The notes below the pieces were generated by a model. That model worked only from the letters and a program-made list of their open reading frames with translations, ran no database searches and was not told the DNA's origin. The position numbers and the translations under genes are program-made. A stretch of 63,346 bases of DNA, the filler included, from Rhabdomonas costata (Eukaryota): assembly GCA_019059605.1 (NCBI GenBank). It is 53 parts of 53 records of this genome, joined end to end, with 100 filler letters (N's around TTAATTAATTAA, not from the genome) between each part and the next. Parts side by side here need not be neighbours in the genome. Positions count along the whole stretch, not along the records: positions 25,145 to 26,241 come from JAHMHO010028768.1; positions 26,342 to 27,438 come from JAHMHO010028769.1; positions 27,539 to 28,635 come from JAHMHO010028770.1; positions 28,736 to 29,832 come from JAHMHO010028771.1; positions 29,933 to 31,029 come from JAHMHO010028772.1; positions 31,130 to 32,226 come from JAHMHO010028773.1; positions 32,327 to 33,423 come from JAHMHO010028774.1; positions 33,524 to 34,620 come from JAHMHO010028775.1; 45 more parts are not named here. The stretch is one strand, 5' to 3'. This document shows, one piece after another, positions 26,098-37,998 of the stretch (positions within the stretch are counted from its first letter, which is position 1; each line of letters starts with the position of its first letter).

Positions 26098-29000
26098 ACC
26101 AAGCGTGGAACAGGAGCAGCCGGACCATCAATACCGTAAAGGTATCAGTTGAATTGAAATGGATCAGATTTTTAATGAATCAACTCCGTATTTTTTCTTG
26201 TTGAAAAATAATGCATCATCAAAACAATATTCCCACACAACNNNNNNNNNNNNNNNNNNNNNNNNNNNNNNNNNNNNNNNNNNNNTTAATTAATTAANNN
26301 NNNNNNNNNNNNNNNNNNNNNNNNNNNNNNNNNNNNNNNNNGTGTTGGTGTGTTTGGGGTGGGTTGGAAACCCGGAGTGCACGGTTTGCACAAGGGGCAT
26401 GTACCTGGCCAGAACTAAGACGTCCTTGACAATGACTGGCATGAGGATCAAGCTGTCGAAACGCAAATATTTCGTTCGAAAAGGAAGATGAGGGGCACTG
26501 AACACAGAGAAAAGCGTACAACCAGCACTTCGCGCGAGAACGCGAGAACGGCGCTGGAGACTGCCACTTCGGGGCGCCACACAGAAACTCACACAGCAGC
26601 ACTCGCAGATACGCCGCCGCCCACAAGGGGCTCAAGCACACCTCAACTTTGACCTTCGAAGAAGCAATCCATCGCCCCCGGCACCGCGTGGATCGTGCTG
26701 TACCATTGTAAGAAAACCCCATCACCACAACGACCACAACACCGACCGCCACCACTAATCAAAGGGAGCATCGTCCATGGAAACGTGAAAGGTTTTCAAA
26801 AGCCTTTTTCGGTGAAAACGTGCTCATTAAAGACAAGCTTCAACAATCGTGCCTGTTCTTACGGCCACAGGCTCTCGGCTGTGCGAAAACAATAAAAATT
26901 GGCAAAATCCTGGGTGAGGAACATCTTGACCACTTTTTTGTGTGAGTTAATATGCTGGACCCAGAACATGGCCCAGCAGTTCCCCATGAAAAGGAAGTGT
27001 GCCTTCCAAACCCCCGGTACACGCCGTAAATATCCTTTGCAACTGAAACCGCACAACAACAGGGTGCACACACAAAAAACTTGATCCCAAGGTTCCTAGC
27101 GATTCTTGCCACCTGCCGCAATGCCGCGCAGGGGCATTCATCCTCATTCTTCAGAGAAAAGCAATACAGGAGGGGCCAGGGAGTGGGACAGGGGGCACCG
27201 GGCACGTACAAGGGCGACCAGTAAACTCAATAGGAAAACAACACAAAGGCAAAAAGTAAGACGACAAAACAATCGCAGAGTGGTCAAATTACGAATTAGA
27301 CCTAATTAGACTGAATTAGAAACATCTCACACGACAACAGGCGCGTTATGGCGCAGTCGCAGAGGCGACACGGGCGCTCCCCGGGCGCAGTGCAGGTACC
27401 CAACACCGCCGGAGCATCTCGTTGTACCCCAACCCCACNNNNNNNNNNNNNNNNNNNNNNNNNNNNNNNNNNNNNNNNNNNNTTAATTAATTAANNNNNN
27501 NNNNNNNNNNNNNNNNNNNNNNNNNNNNNNNNNNNNNNTACACTATGTTTTGTTGTTAGAATGGTCGCAATTTTTATTACTGTTTTTTGGTTTTTTCATC
27601 ACAAAATTATTCTTATTCGTCCTTTTGTTGACCACGAGGCCAGCGAAACAAGCATAAAAACATAAGAAAGTTATAGTGTTAGCGTTTTAGAGTGCTGCAT
27701 GGTGTAAAGCAAATCTAAAACTGAAAAAATATATGTGCTCTTCTTAAACATTGAGACGCATAAACTTGGATCAAAATACAACGACGCCATAATGGCAAGG
27801 ATTGTTTGAGATTGGATGGAATGGTAGTCACCAAGTTGAACAATGGTAACGATATATGCATTCAACAAGATACTATCAAAGGTAACTTGACAATGTAGTC
27901 ATTTGTTTTTTTGTGTTATCCATGTGCAGTCGAAGTAGCGGGACACAAACCGATAATGTGTGGTTTGGGCCACTTCACGTTGTGCAATCTTTCGTATAGA
28001 TGCGTAGAAAAGAACGAAAAGCACTTCACAGAGACTTTTGAGGAAGCACCAAATCTCAAATTAGATGAGAATCATGCCCACAACAGTGGATTAAAGACGC
28101 ATAACGTCGTCACAATCAACTGTGTAGAACGTATCTTGATTCTTGCACGTTACAGCATATGTGTTACGTGTTACAGTTACTCACGTAGCATGTTTGCGTA
28201 TTGGTACTCGCTACTTTTAACACCTAACTTGTTTCTATGGAAGACAGATTTGTAATATATCACAGCTTTTTCACGTCTCATAATCAACAGAGGTAGACAC
28301 GTTTTCATTCTGTACGCTGTCATATGAAGAGCGTGCAAGACCATCAACAGCAAACTGAGCCATCGGGAAATACATCCCGTTTTGCTGTAATAAATATTGC
28401 ATTTCAATGCTATAAGAACGTCTTACGGAAAGGTATACATGACGTGAATAAAAATACATTTTCAATTGAATGCCATTGCTTTTAGATACTGCAAACTTCG
28501 CTGCTGTGCAGTAGGATATAGTTCCAGTGGCAGCGCATGGACTAGAAAATGGACTGTTCTGTGACTTAGAGCACATTGTTCTAGAGAACAAACCTCCCAA
28601 AACATCGCCGACTAAGATAACTGTTACAAACAACCNNNNNNNNNNNNNNNNNNNNNNNNNNNNNNNNNNNNNNNNNNNNTTAATTAATTAANNNNNNNNN
28701 NNNNNNNNNNNNNNNNNNNNNNNNNNNNNNNNNNNGGTGTTGTGGCAGCCGCAGAGCTGGAACAAGAGCAGCAACAAGCAGCAGCAGCAGCTGCTGCTGC
28801 TGCCTCCATGTCTTCTTCACGGAAAGCCGGTGCGACCCAGTTGTGAAAGGTTGCCCACGAACAGTTTTCCAGTGCAGTGCAGCTGCGTCTGTGTTGGCCG
28901 TCTTGTGGTTCCTTGGGCCGCAATCTCGTGTGAGAATGGCGTGTGCAGATGGGTTGCAAGGAAGGCTCTTCTCCGCACGAGGGATGCATGGCACCACGGC

Positions 29001-30164
29001 ACCACTGCTGGTGAAAGATTTTGCAGAAACTCCCGCGCATACTTGTTGGCAGGAACTGCCAAAAACGGCTTGGTGAGGCTGCCTGGGAGACTCTTTTGCA
29101 ATTCCTGGGACCTGCTGTGATGGTGGATGCGTTTAGCTTCGACAGTTTCTCGGTTTCTTCGGTCGGAAGTCAACCCTGCGGCAGGCTAGAGCTTACAATG
29201 CTGACTCAAGTTACCGGTTCACGGAGTTATAAGGACTTGACAATGGTGTAACACCGTGACAAGGACTTGAAATCAGCTGTGCAAAAATGGATTTAACCTT
29301 AATCTCTCTTTTCGAACTGCCTTTGCGCTGAGCGCGGCAGACTCCCGGTGGGGCTGAGCAGGTCGAGGGGTGCGGATGGGCTGCGCCCTCGGCACGCTGG
29401 CTTGTACCATTCGGGCTGTCTCATTAATTTCCGGAAACTCTCCACCTCTCACCTCATCCACTCCGTTTCAACTTTTGCGGTAATTTCACGTGGTCTGACC
29501 ATTCATATGGCTGGTACGGCTCAACTGCTCATCCCACCCGCAGATCTGGAAACATCATCCAGAAAAAGTAACCTGCACTCAGGAAGAAACAACTCTGCTG
29601 ACCTACTATGCAACCTTATCTGCAACCTTTTTTGCTATGCCCAAACCCTAATAAGGTCAAAAGATATCATTTTCGTACCACTTTTTTTACCTCACACTTT
29701 TAAGGGGGTGCGGGCAAACACATACAGAATGATGCATATTTCATATCGTTTTAGTTCTTTGTCTCGGGCCACATCAAAAGTGAGTAGCGGCAAAACTACT
29801 GTTGAACTGAGTTCAAATCACTCCACCCACCCNNNNNNNNNNNNNNNNNNNNNNNNNNNNNNNNNNNNNNNNNNNNTTAATTAATTAANNNNNNNNNNNN
29901 NNNNNNNNNNNNNNNNNNNNNNNNNNNNNNNNGTATTCCGAGTTCGGCATCTGGGGTTTTAAAGGGCAACGGGTCCCATTCAGGCGGTTGGTCAGTTGCT
30001 ACTCACTGGAGCCAACTCACTAGGAGCTTAAGACCCAACTCACTGCGAATTTCGACAAAGTGCCACCCTTTTTGTCCGGGTTTATAACCCGCTTTCTCCG
30101 TGACTTCTGGTGCAGAGTTTTGTGCGACTTTTCTTTAGCCCCGGAATTTCTTACGCTCCACGCA

Positions 30165-30791
30165 ATGGCCAAGACCTGTGCTCTGCTCGTGGCGGTACTG
30201 CTGGGCCTTGCGATGGTGTCCTGGGGCTGTCCGATACCTCCGTGCAAGTATTGCTGCCCTTGCCGTGGCCAATGGGACCTGTGCCTCAAAAACCGCCGGT
30301 GCTGCCGCCGCTCAGCTGCTGATGGCGGTATGATTCGGTCGAAGCTTCTTTTTTTTTTGCAGGAAATGCGAAATTAGACATCCAAAGAGCCTGTCTTGAT
30401 TGGGTTTGAGCAGGCGGGTGGCCCACCCACAAGTACACCTCCACGGACAGCCGCCCACACGTTCGTACAAAGCACAAACCAGCAGTGTGGGCATGCGCGA
30501 GGGCGAGTGGCCCGATGATCTGTATAAAAGCGCCGATTCCCGATTGGGGACCTCCTGTGGGTACACATGACCTCACCGGATCGAACTGGCTCGCTGCCTT
30601 CCCGTTTGGATTGTGTTGCATTCTGTGCAGCGGACTGGGAGCCGGCGGTTGCGGTTACCGACGCGATTAAGGAGCTGTGCGTGAAGGTCCGGCCCCTGGC
30701 CGAGACGATTGCTAACGAGACCTTCACCCACTTTGCACCCGTCTCGTTCCGCTCTCCCCAGGCCGAAGCCGGGAACCTTTATCTCATTAAG
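30165..30791 (+). CDS. Secreted protein: signal peptide + 8-Cys peptide + stefin (type 1 cystatin)-like domain; exons 30165-30327 and 30631-30791, 3' end unresolved
   Basis: Exon 1: MAKTCALLVAVLLGLAMVSWGCPIPPCKYCCPCRGQWDLCLKNRRCCRRSAADG. A phase-1 GT..AG intron (30328-30630) joins it in frame to ADWEPAVAVTDAIKELCVKVRPLAETIANETFTHFAPVSFRSPQAEAGNLYLIK, which aligns with stefin A/B (PAT.E...I..KVR..LE......F..F.AVSFKSQVVAGTNYFIKV). Confidence 0.75.
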
Positions 30792-31147
30792 GTTGGATGA
30801 AGCTGTGTGCCCTTTCACCCTTCTTTCGCTGATTTTTGCCCCGTGTGACTTTTTTCGTAACTCCCGGAACGAACACACCACAGAACGTATACACAGGCAA
30901 AGATGAGGATGGGAAGGGGGCATATCAACTGCTCAGCCACACGTCGTGCAGGCAACCGGGCAACACCTGTGCTACCAACGGAGCGCTGCGACACAGCCCT
31001 GGACGAACGAAAGGAGTGGACACACCCACNNNNNNNNNNNNNNNNNNNNNNNNNNNNNNNNNNNNNNNNNNNNTTAATTAATTAANNNNNNNNNNNNNNN
31101 NNNNNNNNNNNNNNNNNNNNNNNNNNNNNGTTTTTGTTTTGTTGTAG

Positions 31148-32135
31148 TGATTCCCTGGGTAAGGTGCACGGAATCGCCGATCAGATCATCAGTACTGCTC
31201 AGATGAGCAGAGAGCGTCTGAACCAGCAACGCTCCACCTTCGGCAATATCATGGGTTAACTGTGCATGTGGGCTTACTGTGCTCTCCGTTTTGTTTTAGC
31301 CGCTTCTTTTAAACAGCAAAATACCCCTCTCCTCCCACAATCGCCTCTGAACGGTTGCTTGCGGACCCTGGCTCATTCACAGCGCTCCAGCAGACTTTCG
31401 TTCAATTGGTTCTTTTAGAGGTACACAGTTAAACTTTATTGCGTTGTCATGCAGTTTAATATGTGCTTTCCCTTTATGAACCGACAAGGAGCGCATATCC
31501 GACCATTAGCTTTCCTCATTTGGCGATCCCATTAGGCGGGTATTATGCTTCGCTGGGAGGGGATGACTGCGCACATCCTTTAAGTATCTCGTTTTGGCTT
31601 TTCGGCTTTGAAAAAAGAGAAAATACAATAGGTTGACACACTGAGAACCGGACTCTGGTAATCGTTCGAATATTTCAACTTGCTAAGGTTGGTTGGGTTT
31701 GCTTGCTTGCTTGCTTGCGTGCTAGCTTGACTGTGTCTGTGCAATTCAATTTCCTCTCCTCACACGAATCATCTGGATACTGTGAGCTCTCTTGTTGCAA
31801 CATAGGATTTTCAGGCCCATCAATTATATATGGGGTGTAAGCGCTGTTCCTCCGGAACGTCACGTGGGCTCACTTTCCATTTCTTTTGAGAAAAATACTC
31901 TTTCCACCATTGCAGACAAGACCTCGACTCTCCTGGCCAAGTTTCCAGTGGTGAATGAGCTGATTCAGAAAATTCAGCGCAAGAAGCAGCGGGACATGAT
32001 TATAATAAGTCTTGTCATTGGTAAGTTTTTCTTCTCCACCCGCTTTTTACTTTTGCATCAATCATTTTTTTTACCTTTTCCAACACTCTCTTTGCAGCTG
32101 TGTGCCTCTTCCTCGTCTGGTTGTATTGGAAATGA
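31148..32135 (+). CDS. GOSR1: Golgi Qb-SNARE Gos1/GOSR1, last three exons (31148-31254, 31916-32020, 32098-32135)
   Basis: Spliced translation: DSLGKVHGIADQIISTAQMSRERLNQQRSTFGNIM-DKTSTLLAKFPVVNELIQKIQRKKQRDMIIISLVI-AVCLFLVWLYWK*. SNARE helix plus C-terminal TM anchor; both introns are GT-AG and frame-preserving. Confidence 0.9.
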
Positions 32136-33605
32136 CCCGAAAGTTGACAGCTGTACCCTGATGCCGCGAACGCTGAATAGCGTGCGGTTTCTGGGTACAG
32201 CTGTCAACTTTCGGGTCATTTCCCAANNNNNNNNNNNNNNNNNNNNNNNNNNNNNNNNNNNNNNNNNNNNTTAATTAATTAANNNNNNNNNNNNNNNNNN
32301 NNNNNNNNNNNNNNNNNNNNNNNNNNGTGTGTGTGTTCGTTTCCCGGACATTTCTTTTCCAGAGTATGTATAATACGTTACGTCGAAGCGTTTCGCAGAT
32401 CGACATTGGTGAACCAGCTGAGCCGCGAAAAAGAGTGTCTAGAGAGACACAAATTACTAAGCGGTACACCTCGACTTTGCCCTCATGCTCAGTGGTCCGC
32501 GGCGCCCGAAGTGGTGGTTTTTACCGAAGCACATTCAAGGGCTCAGACTTCCCTTTGCCTTGCTTGCATAGCCGCACGCATATTGGAAAACTGCCGGAGC
32601 TTTCGGGCAGTAAGGGGTTCCGCTCAAGGGAGCAGAGATGTAGAAAAGGTTCGCAGGGGTCCAGCAAACGGAGCCAATGTAGCACAACGAAGGAAAATGA
32701 GCCAAGGAAGGGAAGGGAAGGGAAGGGAAGGGCGATGGGAAATTACAAGCAGCGCGCAAAACTTATGAACAGAACGGGACAGGTGGAGAGAGGGAGAGGA
32801 CGCGATGGAGAGAGGAACCAGAGAAAGAAAACACGCGCAGTACGGATTAATCAAGCATAGCAAGGCGAGGCTTGGGGGAACTGGGGTGTGCAGATTTGCC
32901 AGGGCGTGTCCACAACACCTCATATCCCCCGATCGACACCAAAAAGGAGGCACGGCAATCTTCCGAAATATATCCGTCAAAAAGCGGGAAAGCGTTTGTG
33001 TATTTGCGAGGAAAGGGACTGAGGTAACGGATGAATTCAAGGCCCGGTAGATGGGGAGTGGGGAGGAAAGGGGTTGGCTCCCCAACAAAGCAAAGCTGAA
33101 GAGGAGGAGCCCACGGCAACATACAGTTCCTTCCCTGCACCACTCCCTCCCTTTCTTCTTCGGGGGGATGGGCACCTACACTCTATATTCACGCCTCCTC
33201 TTACACACAAAGGGGGCGCTACACACGCAATCTCATCCATCGTACACCACAGTCGTGCCATCGATTGGCAACGCTTGCCACAACATGACTCATGACTTTC
33301 CTACGGCGATGGACCCGGCGTGGACCCGGAACGGGTCCGGAGCAGCGCAAGCCCCAGCAGCGCAAGCCCCCGGAACTCCCGACGCTGTAGCACTCCGCCA
33401 CACCGAGGAGCAGGGTGCTGCTGNNNNNNNNNNNNNNNNNNNNNNNNNNNNNNNNNNNNNNNNNNNNTTAATTAATTAANNNNNNNNNNNNNNNNNNNNN
33501 NNNNNNNNNNNNNNNNNNNNNNNTATCGCATACTGCACCACCATCACGCAACCCACGGAATTTGACGTGCAGCATTATGATTGTATTATTTTTGTTTTTG
33601 GACAG

Positions 33606-34291
33606 GTCACGGCTGGTTTGGGTTGCTTGCACTCCCTCTCCATGATTCATCGTGACCTCAAGCCTTCCAACATTCTCCTGAACAGGTGTGGTTAGTCTGG
33701 GCATTTGAGTTAGTTAACATGCAGGCGAGGACTTCCGAAGGAGGAGAGGTTCCGCCCCCGCGCATTGCACCACGCGTACGCTTCGTAATCCAGGGAAGGA
33801 TGGGCAAGAGGCGGCACAGTGTATCGTATAGTATCAAGTGGTGCAAGAAAACGAACGGCAGCCTTTTTCTCACCATTTCGCTCATTTAAACGGCGTCCTT
33901 AAATACTTCAGATTTCGCTTTGTCATTCCTCAAGGCACTTCAGGGATGCTTTCTTTCTTTTGCGCTATGGCGGATTCTTTCCCAGGGACGGCCTGGTCAA
34001 GATTGCGGACTTTGGCTGTGCAAAGACAATCACTTCCACTGATCTGATTGCAGAAACCGTCACAGGCACCTACGTTTATCACAGCGTATGCGCCGAAAAG
34101 CTGCTGCTCTTTTTGTAATCGTTTTATGTGAGGACATCTTTTCATTTTCGTGTTCGTACTTTTAAAAGCCGGAGCGGGCCAGAGGCCAGCCACATACCGG
34201 CGCCTCCGACGTCTGGAGCTTAGGTGTTGTCACGGCGCAAGCTGCTTTGGGAGTCTTCCCAATATTCCCTCAGGACTACCTGGATAGTCAG
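33606..34291 (+). CDS. Protein kinase, MAP2K/STE7-like; exons 33606-33685, 33986-34085, 34169-34291
   Basis: Spliced translation: VTAGLGCLHSLSMIHRDLKPSNILLN-RDGLVKIADFGCAKTITSTDLIAETVTGTYVYHS-PERARGQPHTGASDVWSLGV. HRDLKPSN, DFG, SPER and SDVWSLG are present. Confidence 0.9.
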
Positions 34292-35164
34292 GTATGGCAT
34301 TGTTCTTCTCGTTTCTCGGGGTTATGAACCGCTGCTGTTCCAAAATACGGCAGCCCCCTTCTACCCACTTGTTTCGCTCTGTCACAGGAAAACCCCTTTG
34401 AGAAGAAGCCCGTGCCGTTCGGCATTTCTATGTATTTTGCTTGTTTCTTCCGCCGTCACCATACCTTTGTGAAGTTGACTTTTGGGAGGCCGCACACTGT
34501 CTTTTTTGTCATGTCTCTTCAGGGCAATCATTGATGGTTTTGCTGTAGTTGATTTTGATAAGCTTGTCAAAATCAACTACAGCAAAACCATCAATGATTG
34601 CCCTGAAGAGACCAAACAAANNNNNNNNNNNNNNNNNNNNNNNNNNNNNNNNNNNNNNNNNNNNTTAATTAATTAANNNNNNNNNNNNNNNNNNNNNNNN
34701 NNNNNNNNNNNNNNNNNNNNGGTTGGGTTGGATTGGTGGGGATTGATGTCCATCGGGGGAAGGTTTTATTAAAAACTTAACATCAATTTTGGGACAGTGG
34801 AAGCACACAGTGTTCATACAAACACAGCTGCTCGCTTCCTTGTATGAAAATGCAGGCATCTGCAAACCTTGAGGCGGCTCACTAAGTTTCGAAGGGTGAG
34901 GTTCCGCTTCAAATCTTGAATCCCCTGATCACAAAGGAGAAAAAGAATGATTTCCAAGCCATCCAAAGTCCCGCTAGGGCAAAGGTCGGAAAGGCAAAGG
35001 CAGCAAATTGGCTGCTCTTAAGTTTTCAATGAAGCACAAGCGGCGAACAGAAATAAAGGGAACCGCGATGAGGGAAACAATCATGTGAGAGCGTATGTAC
35101 ATATTGTACGTGACCAAATAACCGGCAAGCGATGACAGCCGAGGTGATAGCAAACATCCACACT

Positions 35165-35222
35165 GATGGGGGCACAGCCGTCAGGTGCCTGCACTCAGGA
35201 CAGGAAATGGTCTCAGTGGCTC
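35165..35222 (-). CDS. Possible small exon encoding the end of a RING finger
   Basis: TTTTTTAG acceptor, then ATETISCPECRHLTAVPP, resembling a TRIM-type RING C-terminus. The rest of the domain was not found. Confidence 0.3.
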
Positions 35223-37307
35223 CTAAAAAAGGAGACAAGTGGAGAGAAAAAATTGTGATGGCAACCTTCCAAATCCCCGCATGCGACATACTGCCCTGCG
35301 TGGTAATAGAAAGTTAGTGGTCTTAACTTCACAGCAAAAGACAGGCGCAATGACAACCGTCCACATCAGTTGAAATGACCCAGAGTGCATGCCTGTGGCA
35401 GCCGCCGATGAAGATATGACGGCGTCGGGCTTTAGAGGCTCAGCAGCACTCGAAGCTGCGGTGCACTTCCCCTCAAACGCGTACAGCTGCACCACGCATT
35501 TCATACCTAACACCGCAAAAAAAAAAACTCGATGACAGAAGCGGACCACATCCCGAAAGAAAAATGTTGCTGTAAGTTCCCTGCTTGCCATGCCATAATT
35601 ATTGAACGACTAAAGGTGACGCTGATAAATGTAAAAGTATAATCACATGAAAGTGCACTGACAGTTCCAAGTGGACTTTCCATTTCCGGTTTCAAGCGGG
35701 GAAGGACACTGCCCACGCAAAGCACAGCACAGTAGCCCAATATTTTTAAAATATAGCTACTCACGGATGATGAAGTATGTTATCCGAAGGCCTTGCGCTT
35801 TTACTGTCCAAAAAACCNNNNNNNNNNNNNNNNNNNNNNNNNNNNNNNNNNNNNNNNNNNNTTAATTAATTAANNNNNNNNNNNNNNNNNNNNNNNNNNN
35901 NNNNNNNNNNNNNNNNNTGTGGGGTGGGGAAGTAGCCCGTACAGGGCGAGCCTCCCGCCAGTCCGCTTCTGAGAAGGGACGGGAAACCCGTCGAAGACGG
36001 GCTCCATCCACTCCAATCGAAAAGTGAAAACTAATCGGGAACGATGGGAAAGAAAAAGTTCATGGGGTGAGCTTCCTTCTCCGGACCGGGGTTTGGGCGG
36101 CAAGGAGGGAGGGAAGGAGAAAGCACCTCCATTGCGATGGCGGCGTCTTCCTCAGAAAGCAACAGCTGCAGCATCGGGCCCAGCTCGGAGGCACTGAACT
36201 CCGTCCGGGGAAGCTGTCGCAGCGGGTGGGCGAGAGAATGCGAAGAGTCCCAAATGGAATGAAATCGACCGTCCCCAACACTGCTCCCAGCAAAGGATAG
36301 CCGATTGCCTGAGATGACTGTGTGACATGCTTCGAAGGCTTTTGGGCAGAAGTGTATATGGGTGCGGGTGTTCGTAACCAACGGTGCCCGTTCCAAACCC
36401 AAGCACAGGGGCGATGCGTTTCGAATAGACTTTGAATGTCTTGGGCCTCGAAAGCTCAGCGGTGCGGGCCCAAATCCCGGGGGCTCATCGCAGGGTTGCC
36501 ACACTGTTGCATAGGTTCGCTTCGCTGTGATTCGTCTTTAGAAGACCACTACTCACATGACACTGCACAAGACGCTTGTCCTATGAATGCAAAACCAGCG
36601 TCTTCCTCGTCTGCGCTTTGTGGGACAATACTCCCTTCAGATTGAATGTTCAAACAATGGCAAGCGGCAATTGCCCACAAAAGAGAGTGTTCATGTTCTC
36701 TGCGAGCGACAATAACCACCACCGTGCGAAGGATGTTCATCCGAAGCAGCACATCGGTGACCAGCGCCTCCTCTGGAGAGGCCCGGACGCCCTTAAGCGG
36801 GGCCGCCACAAGCGCCTCTCGGGGCCCCACCTGCAACAACCGAAAAATGGTCCACCATTAAGCGCTCAGCAGAGGACACCTGCAACACCTGCAACCCTGA
36901 ACTGCAACACCGTCGCGTTGTATGTGCTGACCCAACCACTATATAAATGAGCAACAACGGTTACAGTTGACCGCCATTTGGGCAGCGGGATCAATATAAT
37001 TGATCCCCCAAACCNNNNNNNNNNNNNNNNNNNNNNNNNNNNNNNNNNNNNNNNNNNNTTAATTAATTAANNNNNNNNNNNNNNNNNNNNNNNNNNNNNN
37101 NNNNNNNNNNNNNNGTGAATTGGTTGGTGTGGTTGCTTATGTGAGTGAGATAACCGCTTGGTCACAACCGCCGCCTTCCCCTCCCTTCCCTCTGCTATAC
37201 TCAACTATAATCAACTATTGCATCATCTTTGCTTTTGGAAAGCCAAAAAAAGCCTTGCAGCTATCCATTGTCATTGCAGTGTGTGTGATGGCGCCTGGTC
37301 TCTCCAG

Positions 37308-37415
37308 GTCTTCGCTGTTGTCGGAGAAGCCGTGGAGCACGCCCTTGCGCTGCAGCGGGTGGGATGCGTTGCGGCAGGAGTGCCTATCCTTCTCACCGAG
37401 GCCGTGGCGAAGCAG
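37308..37415 (+). CDS. Class III nucleotide cyclase-like exon (degenerate catalytic motif)
   Basis: 108-nt AG..GT exon VFAVVGEAVEHALALQRVGCVAAGVPILLTEAVAKQ, resembling YxVxGDxVNxAxRLE....ILISExV. Confidence 0.55.
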
Positions 37416-37706
37416 GTGTGCTGCAAGAAGGGGGGGGGGATCCGCACGCGCAACGTTTTCCCTCCCAAAATCCCGGTAAACCCTGTTTCGACCCCTGGAG
37501 GACCTTTCTGAAGTACAGTTACAGTTCTGTATCGCTGTTCTGGGGGTTCTACAAGGTGGGCCTATCTAGCCTCTTCAGCCGACCTCTGGAACCTCACCAA
37601 TCATCGGGGGCCTCATCGGAAATGGGGGGGTAGGACCACTTGACATCCGCCATGGTCACTCCCGGACCGGACAGGACCGGAGACCCAACATTGACCTCAG
37701 AACTCG

Positions 37707-37998
37707 AGCTAGAGTGACGGGATGGGGCTCATATTTGGTGGTATGGTAGTACTCCTGAGATGAGTTGGTTGGTCGCTTCCTGGCCTCGGAGTCCTTCTCT
37801 TCGCCGAGATATGGTCCCATCCAGGTCCCATTTTGGCCCTTTTAAGGGTATTTTCGACTGGCACCGGAGTGGGCCGGAATGCTTCGGTTTGGAGGCACGC
37901 TAGAGGCCAATTTGGAGTATTTTTGAGCCCTTTTTTCCCTTTGCACAGGCTTGCAAGGGCCCTTTATGGCCCTTTGCATGCCTGCATACTATTAAGAA
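37707..37998 (+). repeat. Dispersed repeat family A, copy 2 (internally shorter than copy 1)
   Basis: Colinear with 13368-13670 but lacks about 120 nt. Its 3' part resembles 47640-47730. Confidence 0.88.

Noticed and set aside
28778-28803. (CAG)n(CTG)n palindrome
   Set aside because: A short simple-repeat juxtaposition with no supported coding or structural context.
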